Shown here piece by piece: positions 46,367 to 57,202 of a stretch of 64,000 nt of DNA. The notes beneath the pieces were generated by a model. That model worked only from the letters and a program-made list of their open reading frames with translations. It did not search any database and was not told the origin of the DNA. The stretch is taken from positions 22,835 through 86,834 of IMG/VR virus record IMGVR_UViG_3300044999_000022. One strand, written 5' to 3'. Every line of letters starts with the position of its first letter. Position 1 is the stretch's first letter. This stretch comes from a virus. Both the position numbers and the translations under genes were made by a program.

Positions 46367-46804
46367 CTATCCCCTCATCATCTGGCGGGCTACGGTTACG
46401 ACCGCACGTCTGTCCAGTACGTTACTCAGTTGAGGCCACTCCTGCTCGGGCGCGATATCAGCCATGAGGTTCCGGCACCCTCCGAGCATGTTTGCGATAA
46501 AGTTGCGTACGATCGTCGCGGTCGGCCTGCGACACTTTGCGTGGACCCACCAGCCAAACCTTGGCGACTGGGTGAACCCGAACGAGTCGCCCTTCTTCAT
46601 CTTGTTGCCGGTACTCCCGCACGGGCAAGCTAGCGCCGGGCGCGCGATCATGGCATCGATCGTCGCGCCCGCAGGCACGTTCGGCATTTCGCTGGTATGC
46701 ATTGGGACCTCGCTGCGCATTGCGTTGAGCATGTCGCGCGCGAACTCCTCGGCCGCCTCCGCATTCGGTATTGTGATCAGTATGGTCCTTGCAGGGGAAG
46801 GCAT
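46367..46804 (-). CDS. Hypothetical Zn-binding protein
   Basis: CxC and HxxC motifs; AGGAG RBS. Confidence 0.5.
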   Translation of the reverse strand: MPSPARTILITIPNAEAAEEFARDMLNAMRSEVPMHTSEMPNVPAGATIDAMIARPALACPCGSTGNKMKKGDSFGFTQSPRFGWWVHAKCRRPTATIVRNFIANMLGGCRNLMADIAPEQEWPQLSNVLDRRAVVTVARQMMRG

Positions 46805-47071
46805 ATTGGTTCTCCTATTCCATGCTGGCTAGCAGCGGCATATGCTAGCTAGCTGCTACTGACACCTGGCAGGTATTGCCAGGTGGCCGAAGACAGCGGT
46901 CGGTAGGCTCCATATACAGAAATATGTAACGTGCGAGCTGTGCCGTTAGCACGCAGCCTTCACATACACAAAAGTCGTCGTGGGTCGGCGCGGGTTCGCG
47001 CAATTTCACTGCGTCTCCTCACCGTCAGGCATGTATTGGGCGTACAGCTCCTTGGACGGGTACAGCCCTGT

Positions 47072-48250
47072 TCATTCCGCCTCTACCTGACGCTCGAACT
47101 CGTCCGACTCAGGCTGGTCGACGTGGGGGTCTTCTTCCTTGGCCCACATGTGGAAGTCTGCAGCGGCGTAACCTCTGCGGTTCTCCTTATTGAGCCAGAA
47201 CTGCTGGGTCTCGATACCGTACGGTCTTAGCAGAGCTGCTATCTTCCTAGGTGCTACGGTCGGTTCCTCGAGCCAGTCTGCCCAAGCACACCGGCCGTGG
47301 AGCTTCCGCTGAGTAGCCATCATCTTGATGAGCTCACCGGTCGGCATCTTCGCGTCCGGCTGCGTCGCAGCCGCGACGGTCTGGATGAACTCCATGCCCG
47401 TCGAGATATGAGGCTTGCCTGTAATGTTGCAGAACAGCTCGAGCACAGCTTCCCGCGCCCGCTTGCCCCATTCCTCGCTCGCCAGGTCGCCTAGAGCTAC
47501 TAGGACGCGCGCGATCTGCTTCTGGCGGTTGAACATCTGGTGCGGCATCTCGGGGCGCAGGTTCAGTTCCGGCCCGCGATCCGTTAGCCATTCACGGAGC
47601 CCTTCACGGATCCGCTTGGCCTCCGCCCTATACAGGTCGGGCTCGTAATCATCAATCTCGGCTGTCATCGGTGCCTGTAGGAGGTGAACCTCGACGCACC
47701 TGGACATCATCGTCTTCGGCAACTTGCCGATTCCGGCAAATGCTGCCGGCCCGAAGCAGGGGAACCTGACTACGTCGTTTCCTACAACTCGTAGCACGAA
47801 TCCGTCCTGGTAGGCGCCTTCGTTCAAGATGCCTCGTAGCACCCTGCCGCGCTCTCCCGTACCGGACTTGCCCCAGATGCCGTCGGCCTCGTCGAAGCAC
47901 AACGTTGGGTGCTCCTGCTCGATGATCTTGTAGATCGACGGGGCGCTCGCGTTCGGCGTCATGACTGCATTGCAGGCCAGCGCCAGCAGCATTCGCAGTA
48001 CGGTTGTCTTGCCGGAATCTTCTCCGGGCGCGAATACGCCTAGGCGCGGGGTCGCGAAGTATAGCTTGTAGACGTACGTATGCGCAATCCAAAGCGTGAT
48101 CGCGACTAGTTCGGCTTCCGACGCGTAGATGAAACGCGATACGAACGCGTATATCTCATCCAGAGGTGTTACGACCGGCTTAGTGAAGCCCGGTGGGATC
48201 ACCTGTTCCATCAGGTGGTCCAGCAGCGGCTGGTCCGCTATTGATGTCAT
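47072..48250 (-). CDS. DUF3631-like P-loop replication protein
   Basis: LWIAHT, TPRL....P...SGKT, PTL..DE.D, P.AFAGIG.LP.T..SR, LA.LLRPYGI. Confidence 0.8.
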   Translation of the reverse strand: MTSIADQPLLDHLMEQVIPPGFTKPVVTPLDEIYAFVSRFIYASEAELVAITLWIAHTYVYKLYFATPRLGVFAPGEDSGKTTVLRMLLALACNAVMTPNASAPSIYKIIEQEHPTLCFDEADGIWGKSGTGERGRVLRGILNEGAYQDGFVLRVVGNDVVRFPCFGPAAFAGIGKLPKTMMSRCVEVHLLQAPMTAEIDDYEPDLYRAEAKRIREGLREWLTDRGPELNLRPEMPHQMFNRQKQIARVLVALGDLASEEWGKRAREAVLELFCNITGKPHISTGMEFIQTVAAATQPDAKMPTGELIKMMATQRKLHGRCAWADWLEEPTVAPRKIAALLRPYGIETQQFWLNKENRRGYAAADFHMWAKEEDPHVDQPESDEFERQVEAE

Positions 48251-48581
48251 TCTCTTCGTCCACCTCCTCGAGTTCCTTAACTGTCGGGATCGACACTTCG
48301 CGACGGCACCGCCGGCACTGCGCCGCGACCCCGTCCCATTCCTCCGTAGGGTCGATCCAGGCTAGCAGGTCTTCCACACCCTCACAGGCGCAGGGCTTCT
48401 TGGAGTCCTCCAAGCCTCCACTATACCCGACTAGGTACATGTAGGCCCCGAAGGCCGCCTTGGTCTTGAATAGGTAACTGCGGGCCTTCACCGTCATGTC
48501 TGCTATCTCGGCATGCATTGAGTGCCGCTCGCGCAGCTTGGCGTAGTATCGCAGGGCGAGTTCAGCTTCCGTCATCGGCAC
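48180..48581 (-). CDS. Hypothetical Zn-ribbon protein
   Basis: CxC...CxxC; coupled to DUF3631. Confidence 0.5.
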   Translation of the reverse strand: MPMTEAELALRYYAKLRERHSMHAEIADMTVKARSYLFKTKAAFGAYMYLVGYSGGLEDSKKPCACEGVEDLLAWIDPTEEWDGVAAQCRRCRREVSIPTVKELEEVDEENDINSGPAAAGPPDGTGDPTGLH

Positions 48582-48969
48582 CGTTAATCATCTCCTGCGC
48601 CTTCTCCCACATATTGAGTGCTTCCTCCTTGCCTATATTCTCGAACATCCATATTCTGGCGCTCAAGAACCCCGCGACGTAGAGCTCCATGGCGTAGCCT
48701 TCTACGTCATGCGCGCCGATTACTCGAACCGGTGGGTTGTCCATTGCCTGCTGGTATGCGTTCCATGCGGCCCGCAGCTCGGGAACATCCGTCTCGAGCG
48801 CCTTGTAACCGGCCTCGTGTAGGTGTATGGCACACATCAGCGCTGTGCCGGTGTAGCTGCCATCCGGCCCGATGCCTACAAGGTTCCCGTAAACCTCGTC
48901 GGTTACGAAAGCCAGGCCCTTGATGCCGTGCGTGTTCTCTCCGTCATAGTACCAGGTCTTCTCTTCCAT
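48562..48969 (-). CDS. Hypothetical protein
   Basis: GGAGGAGG RBS behind a CTAGAT-18-TAAAAT promoter. Confidence 0.6.
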   Translation of the reverse strand: MEEKTWYYDGENTHGIKGLAFVTDEVYGNLVGIGPDGSYTGTALMCAIHLHEAGYKALETDVPELRAAWNAYQQAMDNPPVRVIGAHDVEGYAMELYVAGFLSARIWMFENIGKEEALNMWEKAQEMINGADDGS

Positions 48970-50633
48970 GTCCGTCCACCTCCTCCCTTTATTTTTTACC
49001 TATAATTTAATTTTACCATACCACCCGAGTAAAATCTAGTCCTCTCTTTCGTCGTCTTCTTTGAACTTGTCCCGGAGCCGCTTCTTCGTGAGCGCCCTTC
49101 CGAGTTGCCACTCCACGTCCGCGATAATCAGTGCGAGCCAGAAAATCAGCACACTGTACCAGTTTCCAGGCCCGAAAAAGGCTGCTAGAGCCATCAGTAC
49201 GTTGATCGCAGCAAACGTGTCGTAGATGTTCCATCCTGCGTCGTCGAAACGCTTTCGCCACTTCATCTTGCCTCCTCCCACCGCCGCGCAGGGGCCGCAT
49301 TGCACCTGGGCTTCCCTGCGCGACGGTGGCCTGACGCATCGATGCCTGGCCACATGCTACGGTAAGCGGCCGATATTGTAGGGCCTTTGCCACGGCAACC
49401 AACCGCGGAGGTATGACAACCCCATGACGGGCCTCCTTTCTCTCGGTGAAGGGCCTTGGCGCCGCCTCTGGGCGCCGCTCTCCCTTCAGGAGACTGCTCG
49501 AGCCATGCTGGTAGGCGCTTCCAGGCACCTAACTCGAGCAGTCCGCTCAAGGGAGCTACCTGTCAGGGCTGAGATCCTCCCCTTCGGCAGTTTCTCCCGG
49601 GCGTCTGTGCTTTGAGCAGCTCGCACAGCCAAACATGGCGCGTAGCCGAACAGTGGGGCCTGAACGGCCAGGCCGCGTAGAGCCTGATCATGAGTTCCAT
49701 TGCTTCTCCTAGCGTGGCCACCAGTACCACTTACCGCCCGTGAACTTCACACGGGCGCCACACTTCTTGACGTCGCGGCACTCCAGGACCTTGCCCTCTT
49801 CGTTAGGTCCCGGGTCCGCCTGAATAGTGGCTACACAGCACTTAAACATGCCGCTAACTTGGATCGTGCTCCCGATAGTGTCGCTCTGCATCAGAGCTTG
49901 CACCCCCTGCTTAGTTGCTCGCCTCTATCGTCGAATGTCCCTGAGGCTGCCCGGCGCCCGACACCGTCGCGCGAATTCTGAGTGCCCGGGCGATATCTCC
50001 GCTCGAACCGTGTCCCACATGGGTGCCTCCAGTGTCGCGGCGTCTGCCGTGCCAGGTGCGCTTCCACCGCTGAAGCTGGCCGCTACCCCGGTTGAGATAC
50101 CGTACCGGTACGGTGTTACTCACGCTTGACCCACCTTCCGTCTATCAGGATGTGACCATCCTCGATCATCGCCTTTGCGGTCGCCTGTATCTCGAGCTGG
50201 CCGCCCGGCCCTATACCCATGACCGCATAACCGTGCCGGACCATCTTGACCAGCATCAGGTCGATCACGGCGTTCTGACCGCCCGGCCTGAACGCGTCCG
50301 TATGGCCGCCGGTCATGATGACCTGCACGGCCTTGTCGGTATCTAGCTGAACTGTATCTTCGGGCCACGGCATCGCCGGCTCGTTCATTTCGGAGCCCTC
50401 CGGGCGACATAGCAGGCAACGTCGCCGTCTACCAGCTCGATGCTCTTGATCCACCTTGGGTCCAGGGACTGTGTTCCGGCCGCCGGGCGGGCGCTCCATT
50501 CGAGCTCACCAGTCCCGGTCGACGCCGGCCAGAGGTAAACCAGGACGCTTTCGCGGTCATAGAATTGGACGCCGGGAATGCGGTACCGGACTCGGTACCG
50601 CTTCCCCCGCTCCAGTTGGCGTATGTCCATCGT

Positions 50634-50972
50634 TTAGTGCGCCTGGTACCACTCGCGATAGTCCAGCGACAGCCGGCCCTTCGGGTCGAGCTGCATCGAG
50701 ATGCGAATCTGGTCCTCGCGAACCTGGATGCCGGTCCACTTCGCGTCGCCGAACTTCGGACTCGAGACCGAGCCTTCATGCTCGCCTTCGCGGTCACCCC
50801 ACGGCAGGGCTGCGAAGACCTCCTGCGCGGAATCGCCGGCGTCCCACGCCTCCTCGAGCTCGGCCGTGACCGCCTTGAGCCAGTTGATGTACCGGCTGGT
50901 CAGCGGCGTGCGGTAACCCTTTCCAGGGCGCAGCTCCTCGCTGTCGACGTCAGTCGTTGCTGCTTCTTGCAT
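50634..50972 (-). CDS. PC4-like protein, paralog 1
   Basis: IRIS.....G...LDYREWY; paralog of 62607-62927. Confidence 0.55.
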   Translation of the reverse strand: MQEAATTDVDSEELRPGKGYRTPLTSRYINWLKAVTAELEEAWDAGDSAQEVFAALPWGDREGEHEGSVSSPKFGDAKWTGIQVREDQIRISMQLDPKGRLSLDYREWYQAH

Positions 50973-51375
50973 GACTGCTCCTTCGTTACCGGATGTCTAT
51001 CCGGCGTCACCGGCGAATGCTCGTCGGGGTACCGATCCCGGCCTCCGCGTTCGGGATCGGCACCTCGTCGGACATGCCCCGAGTTTCTTTCCTTGTTACT
51101 TTATTATATCCCAGGCCCCTATTGGAAATCAAGTCCTCGATTAAGGACAATTGCCGCACCTACAGCCTTCCCGGTGAAGCACTACTGTATGCGCTGCCTG
51201 ATAGGCTATCCGATCGTTAATCTCTTCTAGGCGTGCGACGCGCTCTATGGTCTCCTCGAGTTGCTGCCTTAGCTCGTCTATTTCCCTTACGGCTTCCTCG
51301 TCCACTCCGTACCTCCTGCATGCTGAACCGGAGCTGGCGAGGTCTGGGCCAGCTCCGGTTCGGATTCAGTTGTAA

Positions 51376-51708
51376 TTACCCGGTTGAATGCAGCGGGCGG
51401 CCCTTCCTTTCACGGGTGAGCAGCCCGGCGACCTCTTCCCGGGTCTCTGCGAGTTGCTCCGCAAGGTGTCCGATCTCGTCTCGGCACTCCTGGATCGCAG
51501 CCTCCATATCGGCGCGATCCTGCTCGGCCCAGCGGTCTTCGATTTCGACCCTGAACATGCCGCGGTCTAGCAGGTCGTCTAGAAGACGGCCTGCGCCAGA
51601 CTCGGACGCAAGCGAACGTCGGAACGTCCGGTACTGCTCCCCAGGATCGCTCCACAGAACGCGCCACCTGCGCGTAGGCCTCATTGTCTCTTGTTGCGCT
51701 GTTGCCAT
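51376..51708 (-). CDS. Hypothetical coiled-coil protein
   Basis: AAGGAGGTG RBS. Confidence 0.55.
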   Translation of the reverse strand: MATAQQETMRPTRRWRVLWSDPGEQYRTFRRSLASESGAGRLLDDLLDRGMFRVEIEDRWAEQDRADMEAAIQECRDEIGHLAEQLAETREEVAGLLTRERKGRPLHSTG

Positions 51709-51787
51709 ATTTCACCTCCTTGGTCGGACAAGGCCTAAGGCCGCCTCCTTCAAGGCGGCCTCGACCTTGACCGGCCAGCTCAGGACC

Positions 51788-52660
51788 CTACTCGGCCTCG
51801 GCGCTGGCCAGCTCCTGCTCCTTCCCGGCCTCGGCAACGGTACCGGCGGCCGCCTCGGCGGTCTGAGCGGCCCGCTCGGCCTGCTGCGCGGCCTTCCTGG
51901 CCCGACGCGCGGCCGCCTTCGCGGACTCGATCTGGCGGGCCAGCGCGCGGGCGACATACTCGGTTGCCCACTCGTAAGCGCTGTTCGGCTCCACCACCAT
52001 CCGGTCGGTACCGTCGTCCGACTGCGTGGTGTCGAACTTGCCCTTATCCGCCATGATGTACATGAAGGGGGAGCCGATTTCCTTCGGCCCGGTACCGGCG
52101 TCGTTCAAAACCCCGGCCTCCTTCAGCATCTCATTGACGACCTCGGTGAAGGCGTACGGCGTCAGGAGCTTCGCGCGCCGGCCCTTCTTGGTGTCCTTCT
52201 CGTCGGCGTCCTCGTCGGCCTCGTTGTTGAGCTCGTCATCGTCGAGCTCGTCCTCCGGGGCCTCCTTGGGCGTACGGAGCGGCGTCTGGTCGACGACTTC
52301 ATCGTCGTCCTCGTCGTCATCGTCGTCCTCGTCGTCCTCGTCGTCCTCTTCCGGCGCTGCCGGCTCGTCGACGATCTCGGCGTCCACGACGCCCTCGGTC
52401 AGCTCGCCGACCGGCTCGAGCAGCTGCTCGATCTCTGCGACGGTCTCGTTCGGATCGGTCGAGCCGCCACTCTCGCCCGGCTCGAACGACTGGCCCTCCT
52501 CGGGGTCGTCGTCCTTGACGGCGTCCTCATCGGCCTGGCGCAGCTCCTCCGCTGCGGGCTGCTCAACCTCGCCACCCGCTTCGGTGATGCTCTCCTGGAG
52601 CGTGTGCTCCAGGTCCTCGGGCGGAGTCGCCCTGTTACTACGTGGTCCCCTGTTACTCAT
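51788..52660 (-). CDS. Very acidic protein with C-terminal HTH-like domain
   Basis: Poly-D/E tract; LTPY....SPFMYI...KGKF shared with 61497-62159. Confidence 0.7.
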   Translation of the reverse strand: MSNRGPRSNRATPPEDLEHTLQESITEAGGEVEQPAAEELRQADEDAVKDDDPEEGQSFEPGESGGSTDPNETVAEIEQLLEPVGELTEGVVDAEIVDEPAAPEEDDEDDEDDDDDEDDDEVVDQTPLRTPKEAPEDELDDDELNNEADEDADEKDTKKGRRAKLLTPYAFTEVVNEMLKEAGVLNDAGTGPKEIGSPFMYIMADKGKFDTTQSDDGTDRMVVEPNSAYEWATEYVARALARQIESAKAAARRARKAAQQAERAAQTAEAAAGTVAEAGKEQELASAEAE

Positions 52661-53042
52661 GCCGTACCTCCTGTTTGGCCGCCTTTCTAGCGGCCCTGTG
52701 CCGCCGAAACCTCTTGTTCCGACAGTCTTTGCAGAGACTCTTTCGAGACCCAACCGGGGAACGATTATCGTCGTTCAACTCGACCCCACAGTCCCGACAA
52801 TGAGTCGCAAGTCCTAGAGGCAATCCGGGCCAGCGAGCTGCCCTCTGTAGCGGCGCGTCATACTCTACATGACAACCACGACATAGAGGTACATAGTTCC
52901 GCGGATCGCCTCGGTCGGTATCATGTACCCAGGCCCATTCCTGAGCCCGCCGGCCGCAACACCCGTCGCAAAGAAAGGCCGAAGCGGTGCCGCGCGCAGC
53001 ATGCACACGCTGATGCTGCCCGGCATACGACAACTCACACAT
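52653..53042 (-). CDS. HNH-like Zn endonuclease
   Basis: H.RV...RG.A....C..CG..A..WAW.H......Y.PLC..CH..YD plus C-terminal CxxC...CxxC. Confidence 0.65.
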   Translation of the reverse strand: MCELSYAGQHQRVHAARGTASAFLCDGCCGRRAQEWAWVHDTDRGDPRNYVPLCRGCHVEYDAPLQRAARWPGLPLGLATHCRDCGVELNDDNRSPVGSRKSLCKDCRNKRFRRHRAARKAAKQEVRHE

Positions 53043-53225
53043 CCTTGGTCTCCTTTGCTATCGGGGTTTTTTTGCTTCTATTTTAATAATATCACAGACC
53101 TCCCGTCCATTTCAAGATGCCACTCGGATAAATTTCTAGGCCTCGCCAAGATCTTTTCCGACGAACGTCCATCTGGAACGCTCGCACCCGAAGGCGAGCT
53201 ACCGCCCGCCTTCGGATGCCAGCCT

Positions 53226-53735
53226 TCAGAAGCTGGTTTGGCCTTGCCACTCGATGAGAAACTCCGCCTGGTTGATGAAGGCCCAGACGATCGAGAGGCC
53301 GTAGTACGTGAAGGCGAGGTCCTCCGACGCGTGGTACGGGCCGTCGGGGGACTCGGAGACCAGCTCCTCGCCAGTCATCTCGACATGGACGCCCTTATAG
53401 GTCAGGCCGCGAGCCTCCCAACTCTGGACCCTATCCACGGCTCCCCTGAGCGAGACGTCTGAAAGCCTGGCCTGTGCTACCAGTCCAGCGAGCCCCTCCT
53501 CACGCAGGATGACGGGCCCGAGGCTTTCCTGCAGGAGGTCCTCCTCCGGCTTGTTCGTGATCAACATCCAGCCGGTCAGGTCCATCTTGACCTGATACAC
53601 ATCCGGACGCGCAAGATACGGCCTCGTAACGAAGTCCGCCTGCGGGCCCGGCTTCTTGACTGGCACGCCATCCCCTTCCCGAGACACCCAACTTGAGTGC
53701 TCGCCACTGGCGATTGCCTTCGTGCCAATCGCCAA
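53226..53735 (-). CDS. Hypothetical protein
   Basis: ORF with arm-consistent strand; start uncertain. Confidence 0.45.
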   Translation of the reverse strand: MAIGTKAIASGEHSSWVSREGDGVPVKKPGPQADFVTRPYLARPDVYQVKMDLTGWMLITNKPEEDLLQESLGPVILREEGLAGLVAQARLSDVSLRGAVDRVQSWEARGLTYKGVHVEMTGEELVSESPDGPYHASEDLAFTYYGLSIVWAFINQAEFLIEWQGQTSF

Positions 53736-54714
53736 TGGCCAACAGTCAGTTAGTGCTCAGAGCGACTTCCAGCGCCCCTAGCCACTCGCCGCCATCCGGG
53801 CTCCAGAAGATGGCACCGAACTCGACGGTGTAGTTACCGTGAGTCGGGCACGGCTCTCCGGTAATCTTAGGGGCCGGGATCTGTATCTCGGCCATCCTGT
53901 CCCACATCAGAGCGCTCCCGGCTCAGGGCCCGCTACGGCGTTGATCACGAGCGCGTCGCCTTCTCGCATCTTGAGGAGTAGCGCGACTACCCGGCTGCTC
54001 ATGAGGTAGTTCTCTTGCTGCTCGTCTTCACCGGGCTTGACGATCTCGACGTTGTACCGAACGCTCATTCCGTTTCTCCTTTGACGATCAGGCCGCCCCT
54101 GCCGTCCTCACCCAGAACGCCTAGGCGTTCCAGCTCGAAGACGTGCCATAGTATGTGAAGCGTGAACTGTTCGTCAGTGAGTTCATCGAACATGGGATCG
54201 TCAAAGTTCGGGCACTCTTCCGACGGCTTGCCGCTGAACGGGCACTTTTCCAGTGCGGGTGTATACTCTAGCCCGGCCATCCGTGCTCCCGTAGTGCTTC
54301 GAAGATCGCGTCCGAGCACCTCATAGTCGACCATGTATTGGCGCCGCAGGGCGCCTCGGCGTCCTCCTTCTGGGCGTCCTCACGATCTTCATCGTACTCG
54401 TCCGAGTCCTCATCAGGACAGCTCGCGATGAAGGCGACTTCAGCCGGACCCATGCTGCTGGCATCTGCGTCCGCGGTGAGACACTCCGCGATGTACTTCC
54501 AGTCATCGACTCGGAGTGTTACGCTCATGAGGTCCTGATCGGACAGGCCCTCAGGGTCGGTGCGGATGTAGTGAGAAGTGCTCATGAGTTGTCCTCCATT
54601 TGAGCCTTGAGGTGTCTGTGCGCCTCTCGCGCATATAGGGGCATCCCCACCTTGTCTAGCGCCCGTAGGAGTGCTTCCCACTCGCTACGCGGGAGCGTTA
54701 GCGCCACGAACTCT

Positions 54715-55245
54715 TCAGGATTCATTTGCCGGCCTCCATTCCGGATACTTGTCGCCGGGGCTTCTCGACTTGGTCGTCTTGGAGGGATAGTTACCGTTCG
54801 GGTGCTCGCAGTTGCCGCCGACGTTCAACGTCAACCCTTCCGGCGAACGCCTGATCGGTGTCGGTCGAGCATCAGGCGTGTAGATTGCCTTGATTCCGTT
54901 TGGTGTCTGCGAGTTCACAGCCCGCATGCGCGGGGATGCCATTCGGGTAACTCGTGGCTGCCGCCGGTGTGTCGGGTTCGGCGCTCGGGACTGCTGCTTG
55001 CTGACCCGTATGAGCGTCTGCATGAACTGTTCTTTGGTCATGACCGGCCTGAACTCTGCCGGCTCTGCAGGCTTCCGAACGTAGTTGACGAACGGTGCGG
55101 ATTCTTCCGCGGTGCCTGTAGGCCTAACTGACTTCGGCCTCGAGCTCGTCGTCTTCGGTTTCGGCTGTTGCGTCGTGATCCGATCGGGTACCTTCGTCCC
55201 GTCGGACATCGCTGCGCACAGCTTCAAGAAGGTCGACTTGTCCAT
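54715..55245 (-). CDS. Basic low-complexity hypothetical protein
   Basis: GGAGGGGAG RBS. Confidence 0.45.
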   Translation of the reverse strand: MDKSTFLKLCAAMSDGTKVPDRITTQQPKPKTTSSRPKSVRPTGTAEESAPFVNYVRKPAEPAEFRPVMTKEQFMQTLIRVSKQQSRAPNPTHRRQPRVTRMASPRMRAVNSQTPNGIKAIYTPDARPTPIRRSPEGLTLNVGGNCEHPNGNYPSKTTKSRSPGDKYPEWRPANES

Positions 55246-55525
55246 TCTCCCCTCCTATGAACCGTCCGAAAACCATTACGGTTCCATCAACGGTTCGTGT
55301 CTTGGACTCGAAGTGTCCTACGGGCCTGAAGGCCCTGATGACTCCGGTCCGGATCTGCTGCTGCAATGCAGTTGCAGACTGAACCCTCGCCTTCGGGAAC
55401 TCCTTGACAACTCCCCACTTGCCGGGGTTGTCCCTGAGCTCGTCGGCCTCTTCACTGTAGGTCGACTTCGACGCCCTCACGGCGTCGGGATTGCTCCATT
55501 TCACGTGCTGCCTCCTCTCTTTCAT
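55124..55525 (-). CDS. Actinophage-type small DNA-binding-like protein
   Basis: LR.NPG.W..V...IR.G...AF.P.G.FE...R.......V..RF.G. Confidence 0.55.
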   Translation of the reverse strand: MKERRQHVKWSNPDAVRASKSTYSEEADELRDNPGKWGVVKEFPKARVQSATALQQQIRTGVIRAFRPVGHFESKTRTVDGTVMVFGRFIGGENGQVDLLEAVRSDVRRDEGTRSDHDATAETEDDELEAEVS

Positions 55526-55805
55526 CGTTCAGTTGCTTGATCGCCTCCAGTAGCCGTCTGGCCCTGGCGGGATCCTTAGGCACGTACGGTAGCACTGACA
55601 AACCGTTCTTGATGGGCCTATACTTCTTAGCCCTCCCGGCATGGTCATACGAGTAGCTACCCTGCGGAGGAAGGACAATGCGCCCAGTACCCGTTGTGCT
55701 CCTATGAGTCGGACGCCTTGCTGACGCCTGACCCTCTGGTGGATCCTCATCCACTGGCTCACCTCCCTTCCAATCCGACCTCGTCCTGTCGAGGCCGAAC
55801 TGCAC
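55452..55805 (-). CDS. Hypothetical protein (start probably GTG ~55755)
   Basis: YVPKDP.RA..LLEA motif shared with 58118-58459. Confidence 0.5.
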   Translation of the reverse strand: MQFGLDRTRSDWKGGEPVDEDPPEGQASARRPTHRSTTGTGRIVLPPQGSYSYDHAGRAKKYRPIKNGLSVLPYVPKDPARARRLLEAIKQLNDEREEAAREMEQSRRREGVEVDLQ

Positions 55806-55815
55806 CGGAGATGTT

Positions 55816-55893
55816 TACTTGTTTCTTTTTATTATATCATAAGGCCTTGAGGACCTGACAATAGGCCACCCCCAATCTTTATCTATTATTCAT
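55816..55893 (-). promoter_or_regulatory. Early promoter repeat A
   Basis: ATGAATAA box; CCTA-TTGTCA-19bp-TATAAT; A-rich leader. Confidence 0.8.
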
Positions 55894-56100
55894 GTTCGGG
55901 GACTGACTTCACTGAAACCGAGCTCGACTTGCATGATCAGGCGCTTTCCCGCTGGAAGGCCGCTAACTCCTACGATCGAAGGGTGATCAGCGTATTCCAG
56001 CGCTGCACCTAGCACGTTACGTAGGTCGCCGTCAGACAGTGCGAGTAGACGCTCGAGGAGCGCATTGGCTTCCGTGCGCCCTGTACGGTCGAGTGGGTTG

Positions 56101-56382
56101 TTAGTCATTACGGGCGGCCCGCTCAAGGGCGTCCCAGAACGCATCGGCCGCCTTGATCTCGTCGTCGCCGGTGTACAGCTGTATGTATGGCCGCATGGGC
56201 TCGCCGATCCCGACCTCGAAAGTTCCATCCGCCATCGTGAGGTGCCCGACGACCTCCTCACCGAGACCGAACGACGCGAACGTACCCTCCTTGATGCCGT
56301 GGAAGTTAACCTGTGCCTTCCACTCCATACCGACGTCATCGTGGCCGACGTCGGTGGTGATCTCGAAGTCACGCAGTTGCAT
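56101..56382 (-). CDS. Hypothetical protein
   Basis: AAGGAGG RBS. Confidence 0.6.
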   Translation of the reverse strand: MQLRDFEITTDVGHDDVGMEWKAQVNFHGIKEGTFASFGLGEEVVGHLTMADGTFEVGIGEPMRPYIQLYTGDDEIKAADAFWDALERAARND

Positions 56383-56447
56383 GACAGCCCTCCTTGGATA
56401 TATAGGATTCGATATCGCTAGCTAGCAGCAACCGCCGCTAGCCCGAT

Positions 56448-56798
56448 CTATGAATGGCGGTCCTGCCACCACTTCCTCCAAAGGGCCGCAGCGCATTCCT
56501 TGCATGAATGCTTACGGCCCTTCGAGCGATTCTCGTCCGTAAGTTCTACGTCACAGTGCTTGCAGGTAGCCCAAACGGTGCGGCCTGGCCGATCATAATG
56601 GCGGTGACATGCTACACACAATGGGACATAGCTGCCCATGTCTCGTGGGTCGCGATCGTGTACCCATGCCCATTCCTTAGCCCGCCCGCCACAGCCGCCT
56701 TCGCACAAGAAACGGCCTGCAAAGCCGCGCTTGTCCCTCAAGCTGGAATGAAACCGCGCATGCTCTTTAGTTCCTGCCTTCAGCGGCTCGTACTGCAT
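56448..56798 (-). CDS. HNH-like Zn endonuclease, paralog of 52653-53042
   Basis: FLC.G.CG.RA.EWAWVHD.D..D...YVPLC..CH..YD; C..C.VEL...NRS. Confidence 0.65.
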   Translation of the reverse strand: MQYEPLKAGTKEHARFHSSLRDKRGFAGRFLCEGGCGGRAKEWAWVHDRDPRDMGSYVPLCVACHRHYDRPGRTVWATCKHCDVELTDENRSKGRKHSCKECAAALWRKWWQDRHS

Positions 56799-57202
56799 AA
56801 AACTCCCTACTTTTGACAGGGCGGCTCTACGTGAGAAGCCCGGTCAGAATTACCAGCACTGCTGCCGCGATGAGGACGCCTATGGCTTCACGGGCTGTCA
56901 GCATCATCGCACCTCCCTTCCGATCCAGCCTCTCGCGAGAGGCTGAACCGCACTGGAAGTGCTACGCGTCGGGGTCGACGCCGTGATGTCTGGCCATCAT
57001 CTTGATGAACTCGACGTTCCAGTTCTGCCGCTGCCCGCGCTCGGTGCAGGATGCGAGCATCTGCGCGAGGAACAGGTACCGCAGCTGGATGTCGTCCGGC
57101 GTGAACTGGCCGGTGAACTTGTCGAGTACCTCTGCCGAGGCCTGATTGGCGAGGAGTGTGATGAACTCCTCGTTGTCCTTCAGTACACCTGACGGGCTGT
57201 TG

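Noticed and set aside
51233-52817. Long + strand ORFs (485 aa; 263 aa poly-Ser)
   Set aside because: Reverse complement of the acidic D/E gene; poly-Ser mirrors GAC/GAG codons
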